DNA of 63,377 nt, filler included, from Phoronis australis (lineage: Eukaryota; Animalia; Phoronida): NCBI GenBank assembly GCA_002633005.1. It is 7 parts of 7 records of this genome, joined end to end, with 100 filler letters (N's around TTAATTAATTAA, not from the genome) between each part and the next. Parts side by side here need not be neighbours in the genome. Positions count along the whole stretch, not along the records: positions 20,721 to 44,126 come from NMRA01001373.1; 6 more parts are not named here. One strand, given 5' to 3'. Of the stretch, positions 24,756-37,000 are shown piece after piece. Each line of letters opens with the position of its first letter. Positions within the stretch are counted from its first letter, which is position 1. The translations under genes and the position numbers were made by a program. The notes below the pieces were generated by a model. That model was given only the letters and a program-made list of their open reading frames with translations. It did no database searches and had not been told where the DNA came from.

Positions 24756-26447
24756 GGTAATTGTTTACAATATGACGACATTGACCTACACACATGGATT
24801 TTGGTATCGTTCGATTCCTCGCAACGTTATCTTTCCAAAAATATATGAATTTATCCCCTACTGCTTTTCCTCTGTATTTTATCGTCGAATTCCGGTTCGC
24901 ACTATTTCCCGGTTGACACCGCCATGTTAGCTCAACTAAAGATTACAGCGGCACCTGTTGTTAATGAATCAAACGGCATCATCGATTCTGAATGGTATTT
25001 GCCTGTGCGAGATTCCTCCTAAAGTTTTCCTGACATAATATAGAGGAACAAGCAGCAGCATTTCACCTGTTCCAATTTTTTTACAAGAGCAACGCAGAGC
25101 GTTGAAATGCGCCCACAATTGCACCGTATACGGTATCCTTCTAGGGTTGTTTATTGGTACCATAAAGTGGCCAGTAGAGGGCATATATGTAGTATGTTGT
25201 ACTTTGCAAAATGGAAAGGCATGGTCATTGTCTCCTCAATAGGCTAGGGGCAAAATGTTTGGTTGATAGAGGGGTGGACGCCAAAAAACAGACTCAAAAA
25301 CAGTAAAAATGGCCACTGGGTGTCGCAAACTAGGTCGAATCCATCCGAAAACGGGAGGATAGCGTCATCGCACTAATAGGTGCCTACATACCAAATTTCA
25401 TGAAAATCCGTTAAGGACTTTTGAAGATACTGAGGTAAACGTAAAAAAATAAAATTGCCACTAGGGGGCACACTGGTAGGCGGATCCGTCCAAAAGTCGT
25501 CATCGTCTGTTGTTAACATCATATAAATACACTTATTAAATTTCGTAAAGATCCTCCGAATGGTTTAGGAGATACAGCCATAGGCAAAAAAAACAAAACT
25601 GCCACTAGGACTCGAAAATACTAAAAATGGCCACTAGGTGGTGCAAACTATGTCGAATCCATCTGAAAACGGGAGGATAGCGTCATCTCACTAATAGGTG
25701 CCTACATACCAAATTTCATGAAAATCCATTCAGGACTTTAGAAGATACAAAAGTAAGCGTAAAAAACTAAAATTGCCACTAGGGGGCACACCAGTAGTCG
25801 GATACGTCCGAAAGTTCGCACATGCCGTCCCATTCACGAATGGAACATATGTGCCAAATTTCATGAATGTATGTCAAAGGGTTTTGGAGATAGAGCAGCG
25901 GACGCCGGACACCGGACGGACGGACGGACGGAGATGACGGCATAATGCGTCCACATATAAATATGTGAGCGCATAATAAATATGTGGTGCATAATAATGG
26001 TAACCATTTGACCATTTTTCCACGAAATTGTCTGAAGTGATACCAGTTTCTCCAATATGGACCTTAAAAACAACTTCCGCTTTTTTCGCAGTTTCGTGCT
26101 AACAGATGCGTACCAGGGTTACTATAGGATCGAATTCGATACCCTTGGCACCGTAACTCGGGCGGGGGATAGACGAGTCTCGGTCAATTTGACCTTATAA
26201 AAAGTGACGATGTATAGAAGTCGGTAGATTAGTTAAGTTTTTGACCGCCAGATGACTCCTTCCATTCAACATGGCGGTATTACTACCACGTACTGGGAAA
26301 TAGTGCGAGCAGAAATTTCACGATAAAATATTAAAAGACGGGGTAGGAAGAATTTCTGTGTATTTTTAGAAAGATAACTTTGTAAGGAATTAAACGATAC
26401 CAAAATCATATGTGTAAGTCAATGTCGTCATATTGTAAACAATTACC
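24756..26447. mobile_element. Non-autonomous TIR transposon, Merlin-like (GG..CC ends, 8-bp TSD)
   Basis: About 105-bp TIRs starting GGTAATTGTTTACAATATGACGACATTGAC; perfect TSD CAAATGCG at 24748-24755 and 26448-26455. Confidence 0.88.
25291..25980 (-). mobile_element. Helentron-associated (DINE-1/HINE-like) non-autonomous element
   Basis: Terminal hairpin ATGCGTCCACATAT..ATATGTGAGCGCAT (25945-25974), adjacent (GGAC)n microsatellite, internal ~200-bp duplicated units (25291, 25609); related decayed copy about 22360-22700; distal boundary uncertain. Confidence 0.6.
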
Positions 26448-27557
26448 CAAATGCGTTTTAAATTGTCTGTTATGTATTTCAATTTATCTTGACATTTTTT
26501 GTGTTCTACCGTATTTTGTGACTCGTGTTTTGTAGTTTTAGAGAAGTGATCACGTGACAGATTCCGAATGATCTGATTGGTCTAAGCCATTGTTTACAAA
26601 TTCTGCTAGACTATTTTCAGTGTCCTGATAGAACTTTATTTCTTATGTCACATAGTTTCTTATACACCAGCGTGGCTTATAAACAATTTACTCCTGCAAT
26701 TACTGTTTGAAACTGAAAAGTTTGGCCAACTCAGGATTGTGATTGAAGCATTCTATAATGTATGTTGTTTTTGACTTTCATTTTTCCATGCTAACAGTTG
26801 GGGTATGAGCCACAGGTTTTCGACTTGAATTTTTTCCATTTGCAGTGGAATTCAAAGTTTTGTTGGAATTAAATGTGTATGTATTTCAGGCTTTCTAGAT
26901 AACCCATAGATCGATTTTCAATTTTTTTTGTAATTTAGTATCGTAATTATAAGAATTGAAAATAATTTTGTAGGTTTCCCTCAGTGCAGAAAGTCAAGGA
27001 TAAGCTCCGGCCACTCAGACTGCAAAATTTTCATCATTATTGTTATTATTCTAATTCTAAAAAAGTATTTTTTGTTGCATCTAATTGCTTCATTGTTGTT
27101 GCTGAAATAGATATCAGGTACTGCTTAAGATGGGTGCGTTTTGTCAACACAACACAGTAACTTTCGATCTGTTGAGGTATGGTTTAGATTGAAATGTGTA
27201 TTTATGGCCGTAAAAATTTCCTCTTTTTTGTCATGGGTCATTCCAAGCTCTGCTTCTGAGAGGACAGTTTTCCCCATCCCACCAAACCCACCAATAATCA
27301 TCTCTCATTGGCAGTGCCTTAAGAGCCAAAACTAAAGTTTTGCTTAAAGTGATTGTAACCTTGAAGAGAATTTTTTGGATCCATTGAAAAGAAATTCGTC
27401 TATTCACAGGGGAATGATACTGTTATTCGGCCCCAAAATCGAGTGATCAAGTGTCTTGTATAATTCAAGATTGTAGCAACAAGTGTCACAGTCACCAAAG
27501 ACACTCATATCAAAGTTGATTTCTGTTCATCATGTCATATACAGTACACTGATCAAT

Positions 27558-28428
27558 ATAGATTATTACATGGCGAAGTCGTTATCCCCCGTTATCTAGA
27601 GCTCGAGTGGATTTTGGAGAATTATCGCCCGAGGGGCGTTAGCCCCGAGGGTGATAATTCTACAAAATCCACGAGGGCTCTAGATAAGGGGGATAACGAC
27701 TGAGAACATGTAATAATCTATTTATACCACTAACTAAACGAGAAACATTGCAATGAATCGATCTACCTTTCTCGACTCGCCTTGGCTTTGTAACTACTTT
27801 CTATGTCAGAGGCCCGGGGTCGGAGGTCGTAACCTTTCAAGAAAAGCCGAGCTATTTTTGTCAAATAATACTTATACTCAAAACCAATTGGAAATTTAAA
27901 CAAAATAGAAATGAAGTGAATCTCTAAATTAAGGTTAAGCAACTATTATAGCTTAAAACACGTTTTTTACGCGGTAAGCTTCGACCGGGAAATTATCGTC
28001 TGCTAAAGTAGGTTACCACTGGTAACTGAATATAATTCTCAGGTCAAAGATCCTGACGACACGATACCTGCATTCAAACTGGAGATCGGTGATTTACAAG
28101 CAAGAGGACATGAGAGAAAAATTTCACTGAATTAAGATATCATTTTTATGGAAATTATGTGTCTTATTTTTCGTAGCGTATAAGTACAGTACAATGCGGT
28201 TTGTTGAACGTGCGATTATTGCGCGTGCTCATTTAAGTATTTTATTTTCACACTTGATGACGTCAGTCGCTGCGTGGTGTAGTGGTTAAAGTCGGAGACC
28301 AGCAATATTAGGGTCCCGGGTTCGACCCCGTCCTCGGTTTCCCGCCAAATCGTTATCTCACTAGTGAGATAACTTTATGGGTTATTACACGGTTGTATCT
28401 GCCATTTGACGCTAATATTGTGGTATAA
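27558..28428. mobile_element. Crypton-like non-autonomous element with 164-bp terminal palindrome
   Basis: Palindrome 27558-27721 centred on GCCCGAGGGGCGTTAGCCCCGAGGG; TTATACCAC (27722) inverted to GTGGTATAA (28420); GTTATCTCACTAGTGAGATAAC palindrome at 28352. Confidence 0.65.
28269..28338 (+). pseudogene. tRNA-derived sequence (pseudo-tRNA/SINE head)
   Basis: A box TGGTGTAGTGG, B box GGTTCGACCCC; acceptor and anticodon stems pair poorly. Confidence 0.6.
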
Positions 28429-28602
28429 AAAGTGTTAACTTACACCTTTTACTCAGACAAATGCAAAATAAATCAAATCCAGACTTGCCATTGAAAGAAA
28501 ACACTAGCAACAATAGCAACACTAGCTGACAGTTTAGAATGAGCATCAGTAATCTCACAGTTATCTCACAATTTGGTAAACTATGAAACAAAAGAAACAT
28601 AC

Positions 28603-28697
28603 CTGTTTTCTAGCCTGTTTATTTTGGTGTCTTTACACTGGTAAACATCAAATAGATTTTCGTCACAACAGTACTTATCAAAATTTTCATTATTGAT
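28603..28697 (-). CDS. EMC8: EMC8/9 exon 4
   Basis: 95 nt, INNENFDKYCCDENLFDVYQCKDTKINRLEN(S); TTATTTCAG acceptor, AG|GTATGT donor; phases fit exons 3 and 5. Confidence 0.85.
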
Positions 28698-29428
28698 CTG
28701 AAATAAGCAGAATAATACTAAACTTGCAAGTCGCTTCCTTGTGCACTGTTTTAGGCAACAGATGACAAAATCGACGTTTTAAAACATATAAAATCCCTTT
28801 CGTGGGCATTCCTTGCTTCACAATAGCCAATGTCACAATCCAGCCCATTACAACTGATGTATACCATGGGCTTGATGTTTAGGATAACAACAACTCACTA
28901 AATGCAGCCTGGCAAAATTCCAGGTCACCTCATAGGAAACGGGCTGTCGCAGCATTTCGCGAAAATCGGGCAACTTTGTGGCAACTTTGAGTTTTTCACC
29001 GGGTCGCCAAACAAAATTAAAGATCGCATCGGCAAGCTTTGCCCGTCGCCAAATCCAGCCCTGACAAAGCAGCGCGAAAATTTAAAGGTATACCTCAGGA
29101 TACTCCCTGACTTTAAAGGTGTCTTTAGTTTATAACACTTGCCATCGAAACAGAGGCACATTCTATAATGTACAATCTCACCAACTGTGGGTAAAAATGC
29201 CAAAAATTGCTCTTTTCTCATTTTTCAAACTCTTTTTACAAAAGTTTTCCAAAATGTTGTGTAATGGTATACATCATACAAAACTTGATGAATGCTAAGA
29301 ATTAATTTGGTGAAAACATTTTATTTGAATTAATTTAAAAAAGGAAATTAAATTTCAGCTGCTGGCCATAGTGTGTCTTAAATTGGTGAGATTTTGCAGT
29401 GTTATGTAAAACTCATCAATTGGCTTAC

Positions 29429-29498
29429 CATAAATAAATAAGCTTCGGCACAATGGTCACTTATCCTGCTCACTGTTTTCCTGGCTATTTCATCATGA
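29429..29498 (-). CDS. EMC8: EMC8/9 exon 3
   Basis: 70 nt, HDEIARKTVSRISDHCAEAYLFM; TACTTTCAG acceptor, ATG|GTAAGC donor. Confidence 0.9.
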
Positions 29499-30366
29499 CT
29501 GAAAGTAAATATACATTGCATGACAAAGTGGTTTAAATGAAGCACAGGTTTACACAGTTGCCGATCGCTGACAACATACAAATGAAACGGTAGCATTGTT
29601 TGCATTTAACACCAAAGCGTTGATGCATGGATGCAACCACATCGGTGCATCACAAACTTCACACTACCAGCATTGTTTGTCAATTCCATGCAATACGATA
29701 CTAGACTGATTTGACCAAAAGGGGTGCTACAGTAGTTACAATGAACAAAAACATTTTATTGGTGTCCTGCTTTAAAGAACCAGCAACTCACAATATGCGA
29801 CTGCATATGTGGGTGCACAATATGCAACTGCATATGCGGGTGCACAATAGAGTGTTAACAGTTTCCTTAGTTGATGTCGCATTTCATTCTGTTCAACTGG
29901 ATAAAAGTAACATTAGGTCTTAAATTTTGCTCTCATAAAGCCATTTTCACAATATTCCTCAATAGTATTCTAATTCCATTAGTAACTGGTAGTGAAAATA
30001 AAGTCTTTTCACGGCAACGGATACTACAAGACCAACTTTATGAGAGCAAAACCCTAATTTAGATTTTTTTGAAACAAAAAGATCTAATTAGGCCTTTTAC
30101 TCTCATGAAATAGGTCTTCTTTCGCCAGCTAAACGAGGCGAAAGACAATTTTAATTAAAAGAACAACCCTGGAATAAAAATCAGGGTTTTTGAAAATTAG
30201 CATTTATTTATTAAGCCAATTATGCCAAGAAAAAAATCTTCGCATGACCTAGCGACAAAACTGTGGGAAGTGACCTAATTGATGCGCAGGTTTTAGTGCT
30301 CCGAAAAGAGTAAGAGCATTCAAAATTAGTGCTGGCTTGTATAGTAAACAACTGTCTGGAAGTTAC

Positions 30367-30443
30367 CCTTTGTCTCCTATGCACTCGTTGGCCTGGTAAT
30401 AGCCTGCGATAACTAAATTATTCTCTTGACAATACGCATCCAC
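30367..30443 (-). CDS. EMC8: EMC8/9 exon 2
   Basis: 77 nt, VDAYCQENNLVIAGYYQANECIGDK(G); IAGYYQANE signature; CCTTGCAG acceptor, GG|GTAACT donor. Confidence 0.95.
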
Positions 30444-33400
30444 CTGCAAGGAGATGACCATCTGTTAATGCAGAGGAAACAATACTATAACAAGGAGAGA
30501 CAGAAAAACTACGGCAATTCATCACCACAAAATATGGTCAACACTAAGTGAAATTCTATTTATTATTTCTCAACAAAAATAAAAATTAAAAAAACTGAGG
30601 TCTTCATCTAGTACTACCATAGTATCTACACTTAATTATAAGTCATAAAGTAAACATTAAGAAAGACTTTCATTATAGAAAAGTAATCAGCATTTGAAAA
30701 GTAGAAAGATGACAAATTTTTGGCCATTAACAAGTGGAAAAGTGTAAATTGTGATGACTTGTGTACGCAGTTAATGAGTGCTTGCAAGACACAAAAACAA
30801 GTAGTTCTGCAATTTAATAAACAGTGATTGTTCAACAAACTGAATTTAACATAAGTAGTAAACAAATTTCCACACGGTTAAAAGTGAATTTGCTAAATAT
30901 TTACTTGGCAAAATAGAATTTTGCCAAGTATATTGCTCTGACACTAAGTTTTTTCCCCTTTTTTGTTTGTTTGCACAGGCTGCATGTTTCGTCTGATTTG
31001 CAAGAAATTCACACATAATCTATAGTCCTGGAAGTGCTAGAAGCCTCTTGCTTTTCGTCATGACCGGATTCAAAATGGCGAACGTGGTGGCCATTTTGTT
31101 TTCGAATTCAGATTCAATACACATAGAGGCCGCAAATTTTGACGCACACAGCTGAAAATCGGCACGAATATAATAGCACACGTGTGCTACAAATGTGCAA
31201 GAAATTATTCACTTCCGATCAAAGATGGAGGAAATATCAGCCACTGCGCATGGGCACCTCGATTTCGAGACTAAAACAATTTGTCTTGTAGAGGGTGCAT
31301 TGTAGGACCAATTGCTTCGAAATTTTTTATGTATAAGTTTCCTGTAGCTAGCTAATATCGAGTGATGCTTAACCGGAAGTTGTTTTCAAAATGCCAGATC
31401 TGATGCATTTTCATCAATTTTCAATCGTGCAGGGAAGCCATTTTAAACGGGAAGAGGAAATGACGTGAATTTTTGTGTGTGGATTCTCTAAGGTATACTC
31501 TTTCAAATGAACAATTTTTTGTCAGACTTATCATTTTTGAGTTAGCCAACTTTTTATTCTTCTCCACACACACGCACGCCCGCACGCACGCACACACTCT
31601 TTCGCCCCTAATTTTTCACTTGCTTGGCCACGCTGTAAATTTTTCAAAGAATACTGTTTCGGCTGAAGGGGACAATTTAAAACAGAATTATTCCAGGTGG
31701 CTAAAAAGGGTACAGTGTACTCTAATAACATTTCTTACTATTGCAGTCTTTCAATTTCTTATTATCCCAAACACTCAGGTTAACAACTATGCTCACGCAT
31801 GTGCCCATTCCCTACGTTTGAAGTGTAACATAACAAGCACTGACACTGTGGCGGAAGCTTTTCTGCGAATTATGACTCACACTGATTAAAACAACAAAGT
31901 CCCATTGTTATAAGTACCTTCTGCGCATACTAGCAGAGGAACACCTTTGGAGACCGTTGAAATCTTTTAATTTCTTCCAACTCGAACAAATACTTCCATA
32001 ATCAAACTTTTTCTTTGAGCAGCAGGGCCTCATTTAGGATTTGAAAAGTGGGAATCCAGTTGTGAGAATGATGAGTCACGCGAAGCTTGATTCTGAGGTG
32101 CGTATCACCGAAGGGTTGCAGCCCCCCTCCCACTTAGGGAAAATTGTAATTTATATAAAAAGGTCATTTTCATTTCATTTTAGGACACTGTCTGTATGCT
32201 TTTTTTCTAGTTCAAACAACTGCAAAGAAGGAAACTAAACAAATATTAAATGGTTTGTTCCATTCAGGATGTGTGCATCGTCACCAGACTGTAAAAATTG
32301 AGATCTGTAAATCTTTTTTGTAAGATAATCTGTGTAGAGTTGCATGTTAGACAGATAATTCACAGCATGGCTACAGAACTCAATGCATCTCAAAAGAGAA
32401 TTGTATTACTTTAATGCAGTTAAGGAAGTTAATTTAAACTTTGAGAAAGCAATGAAGTTGCAATTGAAAGGGCATGAAGAAATATATCCTTGAATACACG
32501 TGTCTACGTTTCATTACACCACACAGTACATACTGCAATTCATAAGTCTACAGTGAACACATATCCTCAACAAATTAAAAACTCAGGGCCACCGGCGCTC
32601 GACACAGACGAAAATCTCCGCTCGAAAGTAGGAGTGACGGCATATTTGCACTCACGCTTGTGTACCCGGACTTGGCCTCGTATAAGATGAGGATAAAAAA
32701 ACTTCAGAACTCCGTGTTTTAATTGGCGCTCGTAATTTTACGTTCTCCAATCATTTTTCCTAGTCGCCTGGACTGGCTAGAGTTTGGCTAGGGGCGTCCC
32801 CAATGGTCGCCGGGAACACCATGGTTGTTAGCGTCTTCTTCAGTGGATTATAAATGGAAGCTTTGTTGAAATTCACACTTACCAGGCCCAAAGTCAACCA
32901 TAGTCTTATTACGTTACAACAAATTTATTCCTAAAAACAACCATTATATTCTCGCAGTTTTAAGAATAAAATTCCGGCCTGGTTCCTAGCCGAAGGTACA
33001 GGTGGTGTGACCTACTTTTTCCGCATACAGCAAACAGTGCCACACACAGAGCAAACTTGAATTGCCCATGGAATTCTGCAAAAAGCTGAAGTAATTCGAA
33101 GCTTTTACTTTCATGCTAAGTTAGTCATTGAACACAAAACCAACATAAGACGAAACATTTCATTTTTTCACGTGAAGTTTGCACTGCACGCTCGCTAATA
33201 AATGTACGTCGTTCGGCCTGGGAGGATTTTTTCATAATTTTTTTCATTCATGCGTTCGAGTCGCAACGCAACAGTGCAAACAAATTAAGGCAGTTTGTGC
33301 TAAGTTTTATCTGGTTTGCACATTCAGCAACATTGATGGCATTTGTATGTCAAGTCAGTCGCCGGGTATTATTTTTTTCATTGTGTATGTTCTATTTCAA

Positions 33401-34215
33401 ATTGGCTGCTCTGTCAAATACACTTCGAGAGTGCTGCTTCAACTTCCGTGTAGGCAACTAGCATTAGGGGTACAACAAATCCTTTGAACTTGAGGTCAGT
33501 GTACTTCAATTTCAAAGATTAAGTGTCCGGGTACCGGTACTTAGTGCTGGATGCAATATTTCTCCACACTCGCCAAGCGGGGGATTCCGTATGAGGTCAC
33601 CCTGACGTCACAGAGCAGGAAGGTATTCCCCCAAAAACATGATTGTCGACCGTCATTGTGAAATATATAGTAAAAATAGGCAATATTCTGCAATGTCGAG
33701 TTATTTCTATATATTTATTGAAGTAAAACAATGGATTTTATATTTCAATAAAATTAATTAAATCACAAATGTTAAAATTCTTCGTTTGGTCCTAGTTTTC
33801 ACCGAGGTTGTCTAGAAACAGGCCGTCTTTTTTCAGTCTTGGCCGTGCCATCCAAGCCGTCATTTTTTTAATGGCCGTCCCAATGACGGCCGCAAGACGA
33901 ATTCCTGGCCCAGTGCAGAAATGGCAAGTTGCCGATTTGGGCATCTGAATGAAGGAGTGCTTGAAGAAAGAGTTGGATTAAGGGAGCATCTGTTCGAGTT
34001 GGAAGGAATTAAAGACATCAACGGCCTCCTAAGCCAAGGTGTCCCTCTATGGAGACTATGTGCAAAAGGCACAAGTGTATAATGTCACTTTCATCAGTGT
34101 GAGACATAATTTGCCGTAGAAAGCTAGAGACGGTGGTCACAGTCTAGCATTTCTATTTATTTCTATGAAGTCATTAACAACAAGACTGAGAAAATAGATT
34201 TTTGCACTGGTTGAT

Positions 34216-34287
34216 CACAGGCACCTTTAAGTAGCCCTCTACAATATAATATATTATACTGTAGAGGGCTACTTAATGGTGCCTGTG
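34216..34287. repeat. 72-bp near-perfect palindrome in EMC8 intron 1
   Basis: CACAGGCACCTTTAAGTAGCCCTCTACA..TGTAGAGGGCTACTTAATGGTGCCTGTG; 34 of 36 positions pair. Confidence 0.95.
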
Positions 34288-34475
34288 GTGGGTTGATATA
34301 GTGCCGTGGACCCTGATTTAGAAAACCAGTCAATCACTGAATAACGTGCCCCTTCCTCAGTGGATGACACTTATTCTCTAAATAAGGGTCCACCATATCC
34401 GATCAGTGCCTAGACTTTAAACTAACAAACCAATTAATCAAGCAACATTCGTTGTCCATGACATTGAGATTTTAC

Positions 34476-34679
34476 CTGATTCAGGGCAACTTCTAACATC
34501 GGCGATAAACCTAAAGTTAAATGGAAAAGTGGAACGCTGTCCACAAAATTAATAGGCCCTCTGTCTTTGTTTTTGCGGTTTTCAGCCAGTAAAATACCAT
34601 TAACTGCACAATGTGGATATCTGGCCATATGAAGCACAACTTTGCTGAAAGCAACAGCACTCACTTCGACGTCCGCCAT
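34476..34679 (-). CDS. EMC8: EMC8/9 exon 1
   Basis: MADVEVSAVAFSKVVLHMARYPHCAVNGILLA..VDSVPLFHLTLGLSPMLEVALNQ; YPHCAVNG signature; CAG|GTAAAA donor. Exons total 600 nt = 199 aa + stop. Confidence 0.97.
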
Positions 34680-36816
34680 TGTGTGGTACAGGAATAATAC
34701 AGCTTTGTGTGGTTACCAAATACCGAAGTTTCTAATTATTTCTGTCATTTATTGATATCTTTAATTCCGAAACGATTTAGCTCAGCACATTTTCAAATTG
34801 TATTTGACATATGTATGACAATATCAACACTCAGCCAGCCAGAGCACTCTGATAGTGAACATTCTAGTGCAGTGCATGGACTGTATCGCAAGGTCTTTAA
34901 GTCCTAGCGTTTCTGAAGATTGTACCAAAAACGGTGATTCTACTCTGGCCTCAGTATCTTCACGCCAACACTGTACGACGACTTTATGACTAACCTCAGT
35001 CAAAATCCAACTGCTGCCTGGTGGTTTGGTAATTGGTCCAATTATGTTGCACGTACACTCAGCAGAATTAATGAACACATAATTGCAACATGGCCATGCC
35101 TACACCACCCCCCCAAAAAAAAAATTCTCTTAGATTCCATATGGCAGTTCGAGGTGCAAGACGGCAAAATCCTAGCTAATGCCCTCAGCCTGTGGCCCGG
35201 CCCCTAACTCAAATGAAGATGTTGCATAGGACTGCAAAGAAAAATGTAACACATGGGCGGCGCACTGGCAGCAGCGAAAGTGGGAGGCTATAGTCCCCCT
35301 GCCCCCTACTATGGTGCGCCGACCATGTAACAGGAGTTTTGAGTTCTCACCTTGGACATTTACATCAAAGAAGTTTGATGATATTATTGACTGCTGTTTT
35401 TTAAGTTCGGTAAAGTTCAAAAATAAAATTTTATAGACTTTTTACTCATTCAGAATTAAAATGTAAGCCGCTTTAATGGGTTAAAATCTATAGGCCTAGT
35501 TTTACAGATAAAGTTGACTAAATACCCAGAGCTGACAATAAGGACCTACATGACCTCAATGAACTTCATGGAGTGGCACCTGGTGATGGGTACCCAACTA
35601 CCCACCGACAACCGATTGTACCCCGGAACAATTAAGTAACCCGACGATTGGATGATTTTTATGGAGCTTCCTTCACGTGAATCATCACGCCAGAAAATAT
35701 TCATGCTATGAGACCATGTAACCACCTTCAAGCATTACCCCTCAAAGTTATCATTAACTTCAGTAGTAGGTACACAAAGGCCGGGGTAAACTAATTTATT
35801 TTGTCTCTTCCGCGCTTTACAACCAATGCACACCTTTTAGACATAGCAGACTTGAATACGACTGAAGACACGGCGGATCGTCATTGTCGGATAATGGATT
35901 ATCATATGGTCTCCTGACATCAAATTTTTTTGTCCAGGCGTGATAAGTTTAGGTCCCGGCTGACGTGAAAAGTTTTCGATCCTGACGTGTTAAATTTAGG
36001 TCCTCGACGTGATAAATTAAAGGCCCTGGTGTGAAACTACCATTCTGGTTTTCAGTTGTTTTGTTTTGGTCTTGCAGAAATTTTAATTCTTGAATAGAAA
36101 TTGTGTTTCCTCGAATTTTTCCGCTTATAGGACAAAGACTGCCCGCAAAAATGTAGGATTACTCACTGTCAGTTGACATTCGATTGCAAATTGTACAAGT
36201 CATTCACCTTTGTATAGGCTACTTATGTACGGTCTTTGCAGACCTTTACCACATTAAAATATCAGAGTGTTTGGATTTGAGGTAGGTCGGCTAATTGTCA
36301 TATGTTACGCTTAATTTGTTCGTATCAGATTGATAATTGCCTTAATATCGATGTCGTCGGCTTCATATTATGAAAAACAAGTCAGTGTTAAGTGCTCAAC
36401 GTCTCATTCCCTGTGAAATTACATTTATTTGATAATGAACTAGTGGACCAGTGCAGACTGAGAGGTGTGACTGAGCTGGCTGTCTCGAGTGGTTGTTAAC
36501 CCGTAATTTTTGCGCTGCTGTTCTCTTAGCTCGTCGTCTGCGCCGAGTTAGGACACGCTTATCATAGTTGCCGTTGTGAACTTCCACATTTAATGCAAAT
36601 GCGACGGACGTTCCTTTATTATGGAAGGCTATATCGCTAAAATGACTGGAAAAGTGCAACAGTCTTTTCAATAATCGGATGACCCTCCAAGAAATGACCA
36701 AGAAATGACGATTTTACAAACTCAACTGACTCCCGGCGGTCACTGGGGCCTACTCCTTGAGTAGAAGGGCACCAGGTCTGTACATACATGAAAAGAGTAA
36801 CAGCGGATGCTCTCAA

Positions 36817-37000
36817 CGGGTCTCTCCCAGGGATGGAACATGTAATAACAAAACGGGTCTTTCCAAGGGATACGGCATGTAACAATATAACGGGTTTCTC
36901 CAAGGGATGGGTCATGTAATAACACAACGGGTCTCTCCAATTGATGGGCACGTAATGGCACAACGCGGGGTCTCTCCAAGGGATGGGACATGTAATAACA
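36817..37000. repeat. ~37-bp minisatellite x5
   Basis: CGGGTCTCTCCAAGGGATGGGACATGTAATAACACAA consensus. Confidence 0.92.

Larger units (their letters stand above)
23978..27252 (+). mobile_element. Degenerate hAT-like element hosting nested insertions
   Basis: Left CAAGGCTTGGAAT, right ATTCCAAGCTCTG; both flanked by CTTCTG; subterminal TTCCGCGGAAA repeats; decayed ERKFNYN..HWI..MKFFCLI zinc-finger-like remnant near 24550-24640. Confidence 0.5.

Noticed and set aside
27240-27305. Minus-strand IIGGFGGMGKTVL resembling a P-loop
   Set aside because: Preceded by in-frame stops, no Walker B follows, and it straddles the proposed hAT boundary; likely chance
28269-28338. Functional tRNA gene
   Set aside because: A and B boxes are present but the acceptor and anticodon stems do not pair; kept only as a tRNA-derived relic
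36817-37000. 37-bp repeats of CRISPR-like length
   Set aside because: Units are head-to-tail without spacers; eukaryotic context; no cas genes
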